Virus record (IMG/VR): IMGVR_UViG_3300044454_000105
Span: 1-41,164 of that record
DNA length: 41,164 nt
From: a virus
Lineage: Duplodnaviria; Caudoviricetes
Direction: 5' to 3' (one strand)
Made by a program: the position numbers and the translations under genes. Positions 1-7,724 of the stretch are shown piece after piece. Numbering within the stretch: the first letter of the stretch is position 1; every line of letters starts with the position of its first letter. The notes beneath the pieces were generated by a model. It was given only the letters and a program-made list of their open reading frames with translations. It was not told the origin of the DNA and searched no databases.

Positions 1-178
1 GCTGGGCGGTACGGGCATCAATCAGTTGCACCACAACCCAAATCCGGTCTTGTGCCGGTATTTGTTCCGCTTGCAGGATGTCTATCACCGTCCCCTGCCA
101 ATCTGCAGGCGCATACCGCTCCGGGTCGTAACAGGGTTCAAGTTCGCGGATTTCAGCTAACGTGATGGTGTTCATCAT
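1..178 (-). CDS. 5' part of Ala-repeat protein paralogue B (runs off the left end; likely continuous with 40668-41164)
   Basis: Translates MMNTITLAEIRELEPCYDPERYAPADWQGTVIDILQAEQIPAQDRIWVVVQLIDARTAQ; 1-127 is identical to 604-730; AAGGAG RBS upstream. Confidence 0.85.
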   Translation of the reverse strand, partial: MMNTITLAEIRELEPCYDPERYAPADWQGTVIDILQAEQIPAQDRIWVVVQLIDARTAQ

Positions 179-199
179 TTTTCTCCTTATAGCTCCCCA

Positions 200-781
200 C
201 TATTCCTGTAGCATCTCGATAAGATGTTGAATTTGCGCGTCCCTGGCGGCGTCCAAGGCGGCGGCCCTGGCGGCGTCCCTGGCGGCGTCCCAGGCGGCGG
301 CCCAGGCGGCGGCCCAGGCGGCGTCCCTGGCGGCGGCCCTGGCGGCGGCCCAGGCGGCGGCCAGGGCGGCGTCCATGGCGGCGGCCCTGGCGGCGGCCCT
401 GGCGGCGGCCCAGGCAGCGGCCCAGGCAGCATCCCCGGCAGCGGCCCTGGCGGCGTCCAAGGCGGCGGACCTGGCGGCGTCCAACTCATCCGCCGCCGCC
501 TGCCCGTTGGCAAATCGCTCTGCCACATCACAGGCGGCAATCGAGCGCGGGTCAGGATTATCAACCAGTTTCAGGGCTTCCCTGGCGCACCAGACCGCAA
601 ATAGCTGGGCGGTACGGGCATCAATCAGTTGCACCACAACCCAAATCCGGTCTTGTGCCGGTATTTGTTCCGCTTGCAGGATGTCTATCACCGTCCCCTG
701 CCAATCTGCAGGCGCATACCGCTCCGGGTCATAACACGGGCCAAGTTTGCGAATGTCAGCTAATGTAATGGTATCCATCAT
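200..781 (-). CDS. Ala-repeat protein paralogue A (Imm5-like helical domain plus AA[R/W/L/M][D/A] repeats), function unknown
   Basis: 193 aa; LFAVWCAREAL..DPRSIAACDVAERFANG resembles phage 'putative immunity protein' (Imm5-like) sequences; AAGGAG RBS. Confidence 0.8.
   Translation of the reverse strand: MMDTITLADIRKLGPCYDPERYAPADWQGTVIDILQAEQIPAQDRIWVVVQLIDARTAQLFAVWCAREALKLVDNPDPRSIAACDVAERFANGQAAADELDAARSAALDAARAAAGDAAWAAAWAAARAAARAAAMDAALAAAWAAARAAARDAAWAAAWAAAWDAARDAARAAALDAARDAQIQHLIEMLQE
239..478 (-). repeat. Coding tandem array, 20 x 12-bp units (GCCGCC-WKG-GMC consensus)
   Basis: Units such as gccgccagggac, gccgcctgggcc and gccgccttggac read directly on the minus strand. Confidence 0.95.
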
Positions 782-860
782 TTTTCTCCTTTTTCCCTAC
801 TCTGCCCCCGCCGCCGTTTCCCCCAACGTGAGCGGCGGGGGGCAGGTGTGGAATTGTCCC

Positions 861-1595
861 CTATGCCGGGGTTTTCCCGTCATTCGCCAGGGCTGCGGCT
901 TCGTCCGGCGTCTTGCCACCGTCGCGCCAGGCCCGGTAGTTCTTCGCCCATGCCACCACCTGCTCGAGGGTGCTGGTGGTTTCGTCCAGGTTGGATTTGT
1001 TGAGCATGCCGGTCGCATCAAAAGCGTTCTCTGCGTATTTGCTGGCGATGAGTTCTTTCACCCACACGCCGGGGTAGCTCTTGCGCTCAGGAGCGGCGGT
1101 AAGCTTGGCCTTGTACTTCGCCAAGAGTTTGGTCATCTCAGCCCCCCCAATGGTATCGGGCGGTTCGGGGATGTCTGAGCCTATCGCTTCAAACTGCGAT
1201 GCCAGGGTGTAGAACTGTTCCCATTGCTCCCCGCTGGCGGCGCTGTTGCCGTTACCGCCAACCGTCACGGGCTGGACCTGGGGGCTGCGAGTGCGTACCC
1301 GCAGGGACAGGGTTTGTTTCCCTTGGAAGTCAACCTCCGTAGCAAACACGGAGATTTTCTTGCCGGGCCAATTATCGGTTTCTGGGCCGTACATGCTGGA
1401 AATAGTAGTGGCATTGGTCTTGTTGAGTACCATGCCCTTCTCGATCTCGTGGAAGTACACCACGGGTTTATGTTCTTTGCTTTCGCCCTGCCCGATGTCT
1501 TCCACGGTAACATTTCGGATAGTCAGGATTAAATCCTGATCGTCAATATCACCGGACTTGAGATACTTGCTAGGGAAGCTGTTATTGATGTTCAT
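861..1595 (-). CDS. Conserved phage early protein, putative ssDNA-binding/recombination accessory
   Basis: N-terminal FPSKYLK..LVLNKTN..YG.ETD.W.GK-type pattern seen in phage early proteins; function inferred. Confidence 0.6.
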   Translation of the reverse strand: MNINNSFPSKYLKSGDIDDQDLILTIRNVTVEDIGQGESKEHKPVVYFHEIEKGMVLNKTNATTISSMYGPETDNWPGKKISVFATEVDFQGKQTLSLRVRTRSPQVQPVTVGGNGNSAASGEQWEQFYTLASQFEAIGSDIPEPPDTIGGAEMTKLLAKYKAKLTAAPERKSYPGVWVKELIASKYAENAFDATGMLNKSNLDETTSTLEQVVAWAKNYRAWRDGGKTPDEAAALANDGKTPA

Positions 1596-1646
1596 GCTGA
1601 GTTCCTTTTTGAGTGTGAGTAGGATTTGAGTAGGATTGAGTGTGAG

Positions 1647-1832
1647 TTAGGTGTTTTGGTTTTTGCGGTATGCCTCCTGTTGTTCTTCGTAGCTCTTCTG
1701 GAGCTGCGCCAGCGTGTTTTTCATGCGCCGGATCAGGTCTGGGTCGGGGTCAAGCTGGAGCGCCAATAGCTCCATCTCCCGTTTGAAATCTCGCCTCAGG
1801 ATGCCGGTCTGCGGCTTCGTTGTGTTGGTCAT
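1647..1832 (-). CDS. Hypothetical protein
   Basis: 61 aa, overlaps the stop of the upstream ORF. Confidence 0.65.
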   Translation of the reverse strand: MTNTTKPQTGILRRDFKREMELLALQLDPDPDLIRRMKNTLAQLQKSYEEQQEAYRKNQNT

Positions 1833-2032
1833 TTCATCCCTTCCTTTTGCAGCCGGTATAACTCCGACTTGGTGATCAGCCCCCGATCATAATAGCGGTA
1901 CAGTTCCAGCAGCAAAGCGACACAGTCATCTTCCATCTGCTGAACTTTGGCGGATGGGCGCTCAATCTTGCGGTTGTAGTCGTATGGGTGGCGGTTGGTT
2001 CGCATGGCTGCCTCGCTATACTGTGATGTCAT
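1829..2032 (-). CDS. Hypothetical protein, first gene of the left operon
   Basis: 67 aa directly downstream of a consensus leftward promoter. Confidence 0.65.
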   Translation of the reverse strand: MTSQYSEAAMRTNRHPYDYNRKIERPSAKVQQMEDDCVALLLELYRYYDRGLITKSELYRLQKEGMK

Positions 2033-2057
2033 GATGTATCTTATTCGTTACGATTTA

Positions 2058-2086
2058 AATATATCAAAATAGCGACTTCGTGTCAA
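2058..2086 (-). promoter_or_regulatory. Sigma70-type leftward promoter
   Basis: TTGACA-17 nt-TATATT on the minus strand. Confidence 0.75.
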
Positions 2087-2093
2087 GTAGCAA

Positions 2094-2137
2094 AACTAAA
2101 TAACTCCCTATCAGTTTCGATAAGGAGTTATTTAGTT
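2094..2137. terminator. Long hairpin, probable terminator between the repressor unit and the left operon
   Basis: AACTAAATAACTCC / GGAGTTATTTAGTT perfect 14-bp inverted repeat. Confidence 0.6.
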
Positions 2138-2227
2138 GTCGGGGTGTAATATATCTTGCGCTTAATGATACTTAAGCAAAGCTAATTGCAATGCCTATTA
2201 TATCACTTGTTGCTATAGGTTATTCGA

Positions 2228-2407
2228 TTAGTGAATGTGGCTCAGGAGTTGTTGGAGAACCAATATGAGCGCGGCAGCTGGCAAGAGCAAACTAATACCA
2301 GCAGCGCGTTTGTGCCTGATATATCTAACTATGCGGTTCTTCTGCTGGCCTGATAGTTTCCCCCAGCCCTGACAGAGTTCCAGAAATTCGTATTCCTGGC
2401 GTGTCAT
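2228..2407 (-). CDS. Small protein with hydrophobic C-terminus (59 aa, not in the ORF track)
   Basis: MTRQEYEFLELCQGWGKLSGQQKNRIVRYIRHKRAAGISLLLPAAALILVLQQLLSHIH; GAGGAG RBS; upstream TTGTTT-17-TATAGT. Confidence 0.55.
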   Translation of the reverse strand: MTRQEYEFLELCQGWGKLSGQQKNRIVRYIRHKRAAGISLLLPAAALILVLQQLLSHIH

Positions 2408-2496
2408 GCGATACGCTCCTCTCTACTATGCTGGCCCGACTGTGCCACTATAGCAGAGAGGAGCAATTTAAACAATCTAATTTATTGACAACTCTG

Positions 2497-2901
2497 TTAG
2501 GTATTCATTCCCGGCTCTGGCTCATTCGCCGCCGGTGGACAATCTTCCTGCTTGCGGATGATCGCCAGCAGCCGATCTCGCTCGGCTTCGTCCAGCGTCC
2601 CATCAAACCAGGCCGTTGCAACTTCCCAAAAGCGCGGATCATCGAAAATATTTTTGAGCATGGTCTCATACAGATCGCCATATCCGGCTGCCTGAAAGGT
2701 ATCTCTCCCGCCCAGCCGGGAACTGATCTTGACCAAATTTTCTAGGTTGGGTTCGCGCCCTGCCCCACGCATCCATTGGGACAAAGACGGCTGTGATACC
2801 CCCAGCCATAGGGCGTAATCACTCACCGAAGCGCGGCGTTTGACTACATCATGCTCATACTCAAAAAATTTCTTATTCAAAAATTCTGAAAAAGTTGTCA
2901 T
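2497..2901 (-). CDS. XRE-family HTH repressor (CI-like)
   Basis: YALWLGVSQPSLSQWMRGAGREPNLENLVKIS HTH; GGAGG RBS; divergent from a Cro-like gene. Confidence 0.85.
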   Translation of the reverse strand: MTTFSEFLNKKFFEYEHDVVKRRASVSDYALWLGVSQPSLSQWMRGAGREPNLENLVKISSRLGGRDTFQAAGYGDLYETMLKNIFDDPRFWEVATAWFDGTLDEAERDRLLAIIRKQEDCPPAANEPEPGMNT

Positions 2902-2969
2902 ACTCGCGACCTCCGTTTATTTAATTATATATCTATACTATCTTATTGATTGCGTGTAGATTTGGATAC

Positions 2970-2999
2970 TTGACAAATCATAACGAATGGTGTTATAAA
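2970..2999 (+). promoter_or_regulatory. Rightward early promoter, probably giving a leaderless cro transcript
   Basis: TTGACA-18-TATAAA with TGn extension; ATG at 3006 lies 7 nt after the -10 box with no SD. Confidence 0.65.
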
Positions 3000-3005
3000 T
3001 AACTT

Positions 3006-3305
3006 ATGATGACTAAAGTACAGGACGCACTCACACAAGGACGGAACCGGCTGGGTATCTCCCAGCGAGAGCTGGCCGCCCGATTGTCGGATGTGCTGGC
3101 GGCGCGAACTCTGCCGCCATTTGGCATATCCAATACCACTATTTCCCTCAACGAGTCGGGTACTTTTGTGCCGGAATCTTTGACCTGGGAATACATACGC
3201 GATCATGCTCCTGAGCGTGGACACGATGAGCTGGTGGAACTGGCTCAGGCGGTACTCGATGCCAGAATAGCAGACGAGCAAGCCCGGTCTACGCCTACCA
3301 AATAG
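3006..3305 (+). CDS. Cro-like XRE HTH regulator
   Basis: RNRLGISQRELAARL..ISNTTISLNESG..P. Confidence 0.8.
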   Translation: MMTKVQDALTQGRNRLGISQRELAARLSDVLAARTLPPFGISNTTISLNESGTFVPESLTWEYIRDHAPERGHDELVELAQAVLDARIADEQARSTPTK

Positions 3306-3315
3306 TGTAGCAGAA

Positions 3316-3621
3316 ATGAATACCCCTGTCATAAAGCGGAAGCAATTGACTGTTTTAGGAGGGCTGTTCGCCTTCGGTTGTGCCTATAACTACGCCTTCA
3401 ACCGCAGCAGGCCCAGGCTCACCGAACCCTACACCGCTGAATGGGTCATCATCGGCACGGCGGTGACGTTGGGCGGGGCTGCGCTGGCGGAGCCGTTTAC
3501 CCCCGGCTGGGTGCTGGCCTGCTTCGCCGCTTCCGGGCTGCCGATGGCGCTATGGGATGCAGAGCGGTTCGCGCAAAAGTGGGGACGGCTGACGATGTAT
3601 AAGCGGGGACGCCGTTTATGA
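3316..3621 (+). CDS. Hypothetical membrane protein
   Basis: Three hydrophobic segments; ATGA overlap with the next gene. Confidence 0.7.
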   Translation: MNTPVIKRKQLTVLGGLFAFGCAYNYAFNRSRPRLTEPYTAEWVIIGTAVTLGGAALAEPFTPGWVLACFAASGLPMALWDAERFAQKWGRLTMYKRGRRL

Positions 3622-3839
3622 CCCCTGTTCAACGCTGGCCCAACCACGCCGAGAACGCCCGAATGAAAGCGGTGTCTCTGGCGTACCGCATCCTGCGTGA
3701 GCTGGCCCCGCTGGATGATGCACACGAGTTGAGTTACGCTGAGATTACGCTGCGAGCCAGGACTGCCCAGGCTAAAGCGGCGCTGATTATTCAGGAGCTA
3801 AACGGAGCAAAAAACCATGATGGCAAACGGAAACCATAA
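3618..3839 (+). CDS. Hypothetical protein
   Basis: 73 aa, coupled ORF. Confidence 0.6.
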   Translation: MTPVQRWPNHAENARMKAVSLAYRILRELAPLDDAHELSYAEITLRARTAQAKAALIIQELNGAKNHDGKRKP

Positions 3840-3993
3840 CGCAAAAATTCAGGAAGAGAAAAAGCACCAGGCCGTCAAGGAACAGAAAGCTAAATGTATT
3901 CCTTGTAACGGGACCGGCATCACCCCCACCGGTGATTTCTGCGCCACGTGCGGGGGCACGGGCAAAGTCACCCTCACCATTTACCACAAATAA
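3817..3993 (+). CDS. Small DnaJ-type zinc-finger protein (58 aa, not in the ORF track)
   Basis: CIPCNGTG..CATCGGTG (two CxxCxGxG motifs); GGAG RBS. Confidence 0.7.
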   Translation: MMANGNHNAKIQEEKKHQAVKEQKAKCIPCNGTGITPTGDFCATCGGTGKVTLTIYHK

Positions 3994-4111
3994 AATTAAC
4001 TCTGGCCTGTGCGCGACTCATGCCCCCCACGCATGCGACGGCAGGCCGGAGCCTATTGGTAGGGGCAGCGGGTTATTCTCCTTTCCCGCTGCCCCAGGCT
4101 TGGAAACCCCT

Positions 4112-4330
4112 GTGATCGATTTCACCTGCCCCAAATGTAACCGCCACTACGACTACGCCGCCCAGATTGCCCAGGCTGGCGGGCACGTGGTCAACACCGG
4201 GCTAAAGCTCATCTTTGTCTGCCAATGTGGGCAACGGCTGCTGGAAAAGGATGTATTCGCACTCACCCCCCGGCCCGTCAACGTGCGGCTGGAACGGATT
4301 CTGGATGAGCTGGATAAGCGGCAGCGTTAG
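4112..4330 (+). CDS. Small zinc-ribbon protein
   Basis: GTG start; CPKC..CQC motifs; 3' part of ORF 3932-4330. Confidence 0.55.
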   Translation: MIDFTCPKCNRHYDYAAQIAQAGGHVVNTGLKLIFVCQCGQRLLEKDVFALTPRPVNVRLERILDELDKRQR

Positions 4331-4354
4331 TCGTGTTGTAATATATCTATGGTG

Positions 4355-4383
4355 TTGATATGATATACAAAAGTTGCTATAAT
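4355..4383 (+). promoter_or_regulatory. Strong sigma70-type promoter upstream of the replication gene
   Basis: TTGATA-17-TATAAT with TGn extended -10. Confidence 0.8.
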
Positions 4384-4410
4384 GGGACATGAACGAATAA
4401 CAACTCTGTC

Positions 4411-4525
4411 CGTGGCTGGACGAAGAAGGTAAGCAAACCAGACCGCTTGTCATCTGGCTTTTGACTCTCCCCGCTTACCGGGACAGCCACGAGCCGAAAG
4501 CCAGATGAGAGGCGGTTTGATTTTT
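4411..4525 (+). ncRNA. Structured leader or antisense-attenuator-like RNA
   Basis: 22-bp imperfect stem 4440-4461/4497-4518 followed by a T run; loop segments complementary to 4411-4418 and 4428-4434. Confidence 0.5.
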
Positions 4526-4541
4526 AAGGATTAGAAAACAG

Positions 4542-5318
4542 ATGAGTATCCGCGCAATGACGATTGTTTTTGATAGCAACGAGCCACCATCTAATAAGCT
4601 ACTTCTACTGGCGCTTACCGATTTTGGTAACGATGATGGGCTCTCGATTTATCCGTCTCTGAATACCCTTGCTAAGAAAACATCTTTATCCCGGCGGCAT
4701 GTGGTAAGGATTATTGCCGAACTGGAAGAACGGGGGATCGTAGCGGTTGACCGTGGGCAAACAAAGAAATCTAATCAATATCATGTCATCCTAAAAAAAC
4801 TGATGGGTAGTGACACCATGTCACCAGGGGTAGTGACACCATGTCACCACTCTAGTGACACCATGTCACCCGATCCATTACTTAACCATGATATTAACCA
4901 ACTACCTCTTGCGCCACAAACCGGCGCAAGGACACACAAAAATGGTCATCATCCTTTTTGGGAAGAGAGCATTTTACGATTAGCAGAAATCTTCGCAAAA
5001 GAGCGCGGGTGTTCCTTGCCCAATATCTCCCGTCCCGCGGATTTTGGAGAAGCGAAAGTACGATGGGTCAAGCCATTAGAGAAGATTCTCTCTCTTTGTG
5101 AAGGGGATGAGCAGAGGGCATCCCGATTGATCCAGTTATCCATCCAGCACATGATCGTCGATAGCCTGACCTTTTCCTATCCGCTCCAAATCCGGGATGT
5201 AGCTGAAAGCATGAACGCCGATCTATCCACGGGCAAGCTGCACGATGCCGGTCTGCAGCTCACCGAAGAAGAACAGACCGCCCGGTTTATTGCCAGCCTG
5301 AAGAGGGATTACGCATGA
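4542..5318 (+). CDS. Replication initiator with N-terminal winged HTH
   Basis: KLLLLALTD..IYPSLNTLAKKTSLSRRHVVRIIAELEERG; internal iterons. Confidence 0.85.
   Translation: MSIRAMTIVFDSNEPPSNKLLLLALTDFGNDDGLSIYPSLNTLAKKTSLSRRHVVRIIAELEERGIVAVDRGQTKKSNQYHVILKKLMGSDTMSPGVVTPCHHSSDTMSPDPLLNHDINQLPLAPQTGARTHKNGHHPFWEESILRLAEIFAKERGCSLPNISRPADFGEAKVRWVKPLEKILSLCEGDEQRASRLIQLSIQHMIVDSLTFSYPLQIRDVAESMNADLSTGKLHDAGLQLTEEEQTARFIASLKRDYA
4808..4870 (+). repeat. Three 18-bp iterons, probable origin of replication
   Basis: TAGTGACACCATGTCACC at 4808, 4831 and 4853; each contains the GTGACA-cca-TGTCAC palindrome. Confidence 0.85.
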
Positions 5319-5716
5319 GCATCCAACAATTACCCGAAAACCTGAAAGCTATCATCCGTAACGGGGTTAAGCTGATTGGGGAAGAATACCCCGCCTATCC
5401 CGGCATGTGCGAGAACTGTGGGGGGCTGGGGTATATCTATGCCTTTGCTATCGAGAGCGGGCCGTACCGGGATGTACCCGGCAACGTGCCCAAAGGCTCC
5501 GTGATTAAAAGCATCGATGACCCGATGACGGGCTGGGCCTGGTACATCGGCAAGACCGCCAGCGGCGCATGCCCGGTCTGCAAGACCATCGGACGGGTGG
5601 CGACGAATAAGCCGATCAAACAGTACAACACGGCAGGACCGATCCGGAGATTGGCGGAGCATCAGCCAACACCCGCCGCGCAGATTGTGGATGCCGAAAT
5701 GGAGAGTGTCGAATGA
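5315..5716 (+). CDS. Zinc-binding protein downstream of the initiator
   Basis: CENCGGLG..CPVC; ATGA coupling. Confidence 0.7.
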   Translation: MSIQQLPENLKAIIRNGVKLIGEEYPAYPGMCENCGGLGYIYAFAIESGPYRDVPGNVPKGSVIKSIDDPMTGWAWYIGKTASGACPVCKTIGRVATNKPIKQYNTAGPIRRLAEHQPTPAAQIVDAEMESVE

Positions 5717-5829
5717 CCTACGTCTATCTGTGCCTTATTCCTGTTCTGGTATCGCTTGTGTCGGCTGCGTTCCTGGGCTACGCCTGTTTGGTGGTGGGAG
5801 CCAGGGCGGACCGGCGGAACATCCATTGA
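5713..5829 (+). CDS. 38-aa membrane peptide (not in the ORF track)
   Basis: MTYVYLCLIPVLVSLVSAAFLGYACLVVGARADRRNIH; ATGA overlap; GGAG RBS. Confidence 0.55.
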   Translation: MTYVYLCLIPVLVSLVSAAFLGYACLVVGARADRRNIH

Positions 5830-5841
5830 AAGGAGCATCTT

Positions 5842-6090
5842 ATGGTTTGGATATTCGTGTTGAGTTTAACTGTCGCCGTAGCCTGCACCTACGCAATGGG
5901 GGCGTTGAAGCAGGAGCGGGGGCGGGTGATCGTCCATTACGCCGGGCGCGCGCCTGACGGTCGTGACAATGTTTTGGACGGGCTGGGCTGCGTTTACTCG
6001 ATAGCTCAGTTGGGACAAGTGCTGGCGCTCTTGTGCGCGTTTGGGTCGGTGATCGCCATCTACGCCCATCTGATTCAGAACTGGCATTAA
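5842..6090 (+). CDS. Hypothetical membrane protein
   Basis: AAGGAG RBS; two hydrophobic segments. Confidence 0.7.
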   Translation: MVWIFVLSLTVAVACTYAMGALKQERGRVIVHYAGRAPDGRDNVLDGLGCVYSIAQLGQVLALLCAFGSVIAIYAHLIQNWH

Positions 6091-6196
6091 CCGCCCTGCC
6101 CCCGCGGAGGTCGCCGACGGGGGCAGGGTTGCTAGCCTACAGGGGGAGGGCTGGCAAGGAACAGGATAGCAAAAATGAGCGAGAAAGTCAACACAA

Positions 6197-6958
6197 ATGC
6201 TTGCGCAGCGCACGGTAGGGGGCATAACCCCGGTAGGGGAGGGGGGGCCGGTGGATAGCCGCATCCCGCGTATTTTTGTGTTGGTGCTGTTCGCCTGGCT
6301 ATTCTGGGTTTGCGCCAAACAAATGCAGACCTGGAGCCGTGCGATGGTGGATGCGTCGGACCTGCAAGCCATGGCGGTGATCGGCGGTACGTTCTTCCTG
6401 GTGCTGGCGCTGCTGTGCATAGGGTGTGCGCTGATTTACAGCATCCAGGCGGCGACGGATTGGGGGATTGAGCGTTGGCGGGAGACAACCGAAATTGCCC
6501 AACAGTCGGGGCATCTGCGCATCATCCAGGCGATCTCGCATCTCACCGCGGATCAGGCCAAGCTGGCGCCGCACTACCAGTTTATCCAGACCGCCAGCCA
6601 GGTAACGGGGCCGGGGCATCGGGTGGAATATCTGATCACGCCCGAAGGTAATGTCAAGCTGGATGATGTGGTCATGTTCTTGAAGAAGTCTGACAACGTT
6701 TATGTGTATCACATCGGCTGGACATCGGACAAAACGGATGAGCGCGAAGCCATCCACGCGTTTACGTCCTGGTGTGTCTGGAACGGGTTTGCCGAGCCGC
6801 CGGCAGGCCCGCATGCGGCGCGCTGGGTGCTGCCGGAAAGCCGGGCGGCCTGTGCGGTATTTTTGGGGGTGAAGCTGTTGGAGGAATTGCCCCCCCACCC
6901 CACCTACACGGTGCGCCCGTCGCCCGTGGAAGATGACGACGAAGAAAGCGAGGATTGA
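6197..6958 (+). CDS. Hypothetical protein with two N-terminal TM segments (start may be GTG 6251)
   Basis: 253-aa ORF with acidic tail. Confidence 0.7.
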   Translation: MLAQRTVGGITPVGEGGPVDSRIPRIFVLVLFAWLFWVCAKQMQTWSRAMVDASDLQAMAVIGGTFFLVLALLCIGCALIYSIQAATDWGIERWRETTEIAQQSGHLRIIQAISHLTADQAKLAPHYQFIQTASQVTGPGHRVEYLITPEGNVKLDDVVMFLKKSDNVYVYHIGWTSDKTDEREAIHAFTSWCVWNGFAEPPAGPHAARWVLPESRAACAVFLGVKLLEELPPHPTYTVRPSPVEDDDEESED

Positions 6959-6959
6959 C

Positions 6960-7406
6960 ATGGAAGGAAGTATTGGTTTGGCGTTGATGGGGCTGGTGTT
7001 GTTGTTTTCGATTGGTTGGCTGGTGGTTCAGGGTATCCGGGTGACGATGCGTACCAACCCGCGCGTGCGCGTGCAGCCCTTGTGCGGGCCGCAATGTCAC
7101 GAACCTGCCTACAACCTGACCGGCTGGCAGCCGCAGCCACAAATACAACCCGCCAGGGTGCAGGAGAAAAAACATAAAGCCATCCCGCCCGCCCGTGTTG
7201 GTCAGCCCCAGCCGCTATACACGGAGAGCAACCCCCAGGTACAGACGGCGAGAATCCAGGCGTCGGTGGATGACCTGGAGCGCAGCGTGGCCCGCTGGCA
7301 GCGGCGGAACGTGCCCGCCCCTACCCCGTCCGAGCCGAGCGAAGTGTACGATGTCACCCGCGAGTTTCAACGGTTGGGGCGCAGCAAAGAACACAAATCA
7401 AAATAG
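6960..7406 (+). CDS. Membrane-anchored Pro/Gln-rich hypothetical protein
   Basis: GAGG RBS before ATG 6960; N-terminal TM. Confidence 0.65.
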   Translation: MEGSIGLALMGLVLLFSIGWLVVQGIRVTMRTNPRVRVQPLCGPQCHEPAYNLTGWQPQPQIQPARVQEKKHKAIPPARVGQPQPLYTESNPQVQTARIQASVDDLERSVARWQRRNVPAPTPSEPSEVYDVTREFQRLGRSKEHKSK

Positions 7407-7445
7407 CCAGCTACTAGCGTGTAGCCATCATGATAAGGAGCAACC

Positions 7446-7724
7446 ATGACACATACCATTCCCCACGTTACCGACACTCTACCCACCAGCAAGTTAAGCC
7501 CGGATGTTGAACGTTACAAGCAGGCGTTCAAGGAGCTTGAGATGCCGGACAAAATCAGCATTGATAATATCTGCGCTCTGTTTCAGGAAGTGCCTGGGAT
7601 GGGCGTTGTTACATCGTTTGAACTCGCCGGCAAGCTGGGGGAGTGGATTGTCGAATGGTGCGAGACCCATCCCAGGGACCGCAAAATCATCTACGGGCCG
7701 GGGCAAGACAAGGATGTTCCATGA
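7446..7724 (+). CDS. Hypothetical protein
   Basis: TAAGGAG RBS; ATGA overlap with the next gene. Confidence 0.7.
   Translation: MTHTIPHVTDTLPTSKLSPDVERYKQAFKELEMPDKISIDNICALFQEVPGMGVVTSFELAGKLGEWIVEWCETHPRDRKIIYGPGQDKDVP

Noticed and set aside
187-734. Pro/Gly-rich collagen-like ORFs (187-564 minus, 224-604 plus, 375-734 plus; also 40640-41158 minus)
   Set aside because: Alternative frames of the stop-free GC-rich 12-bp array; only the Ala frame has an RBS and a conserved N-terminal domain
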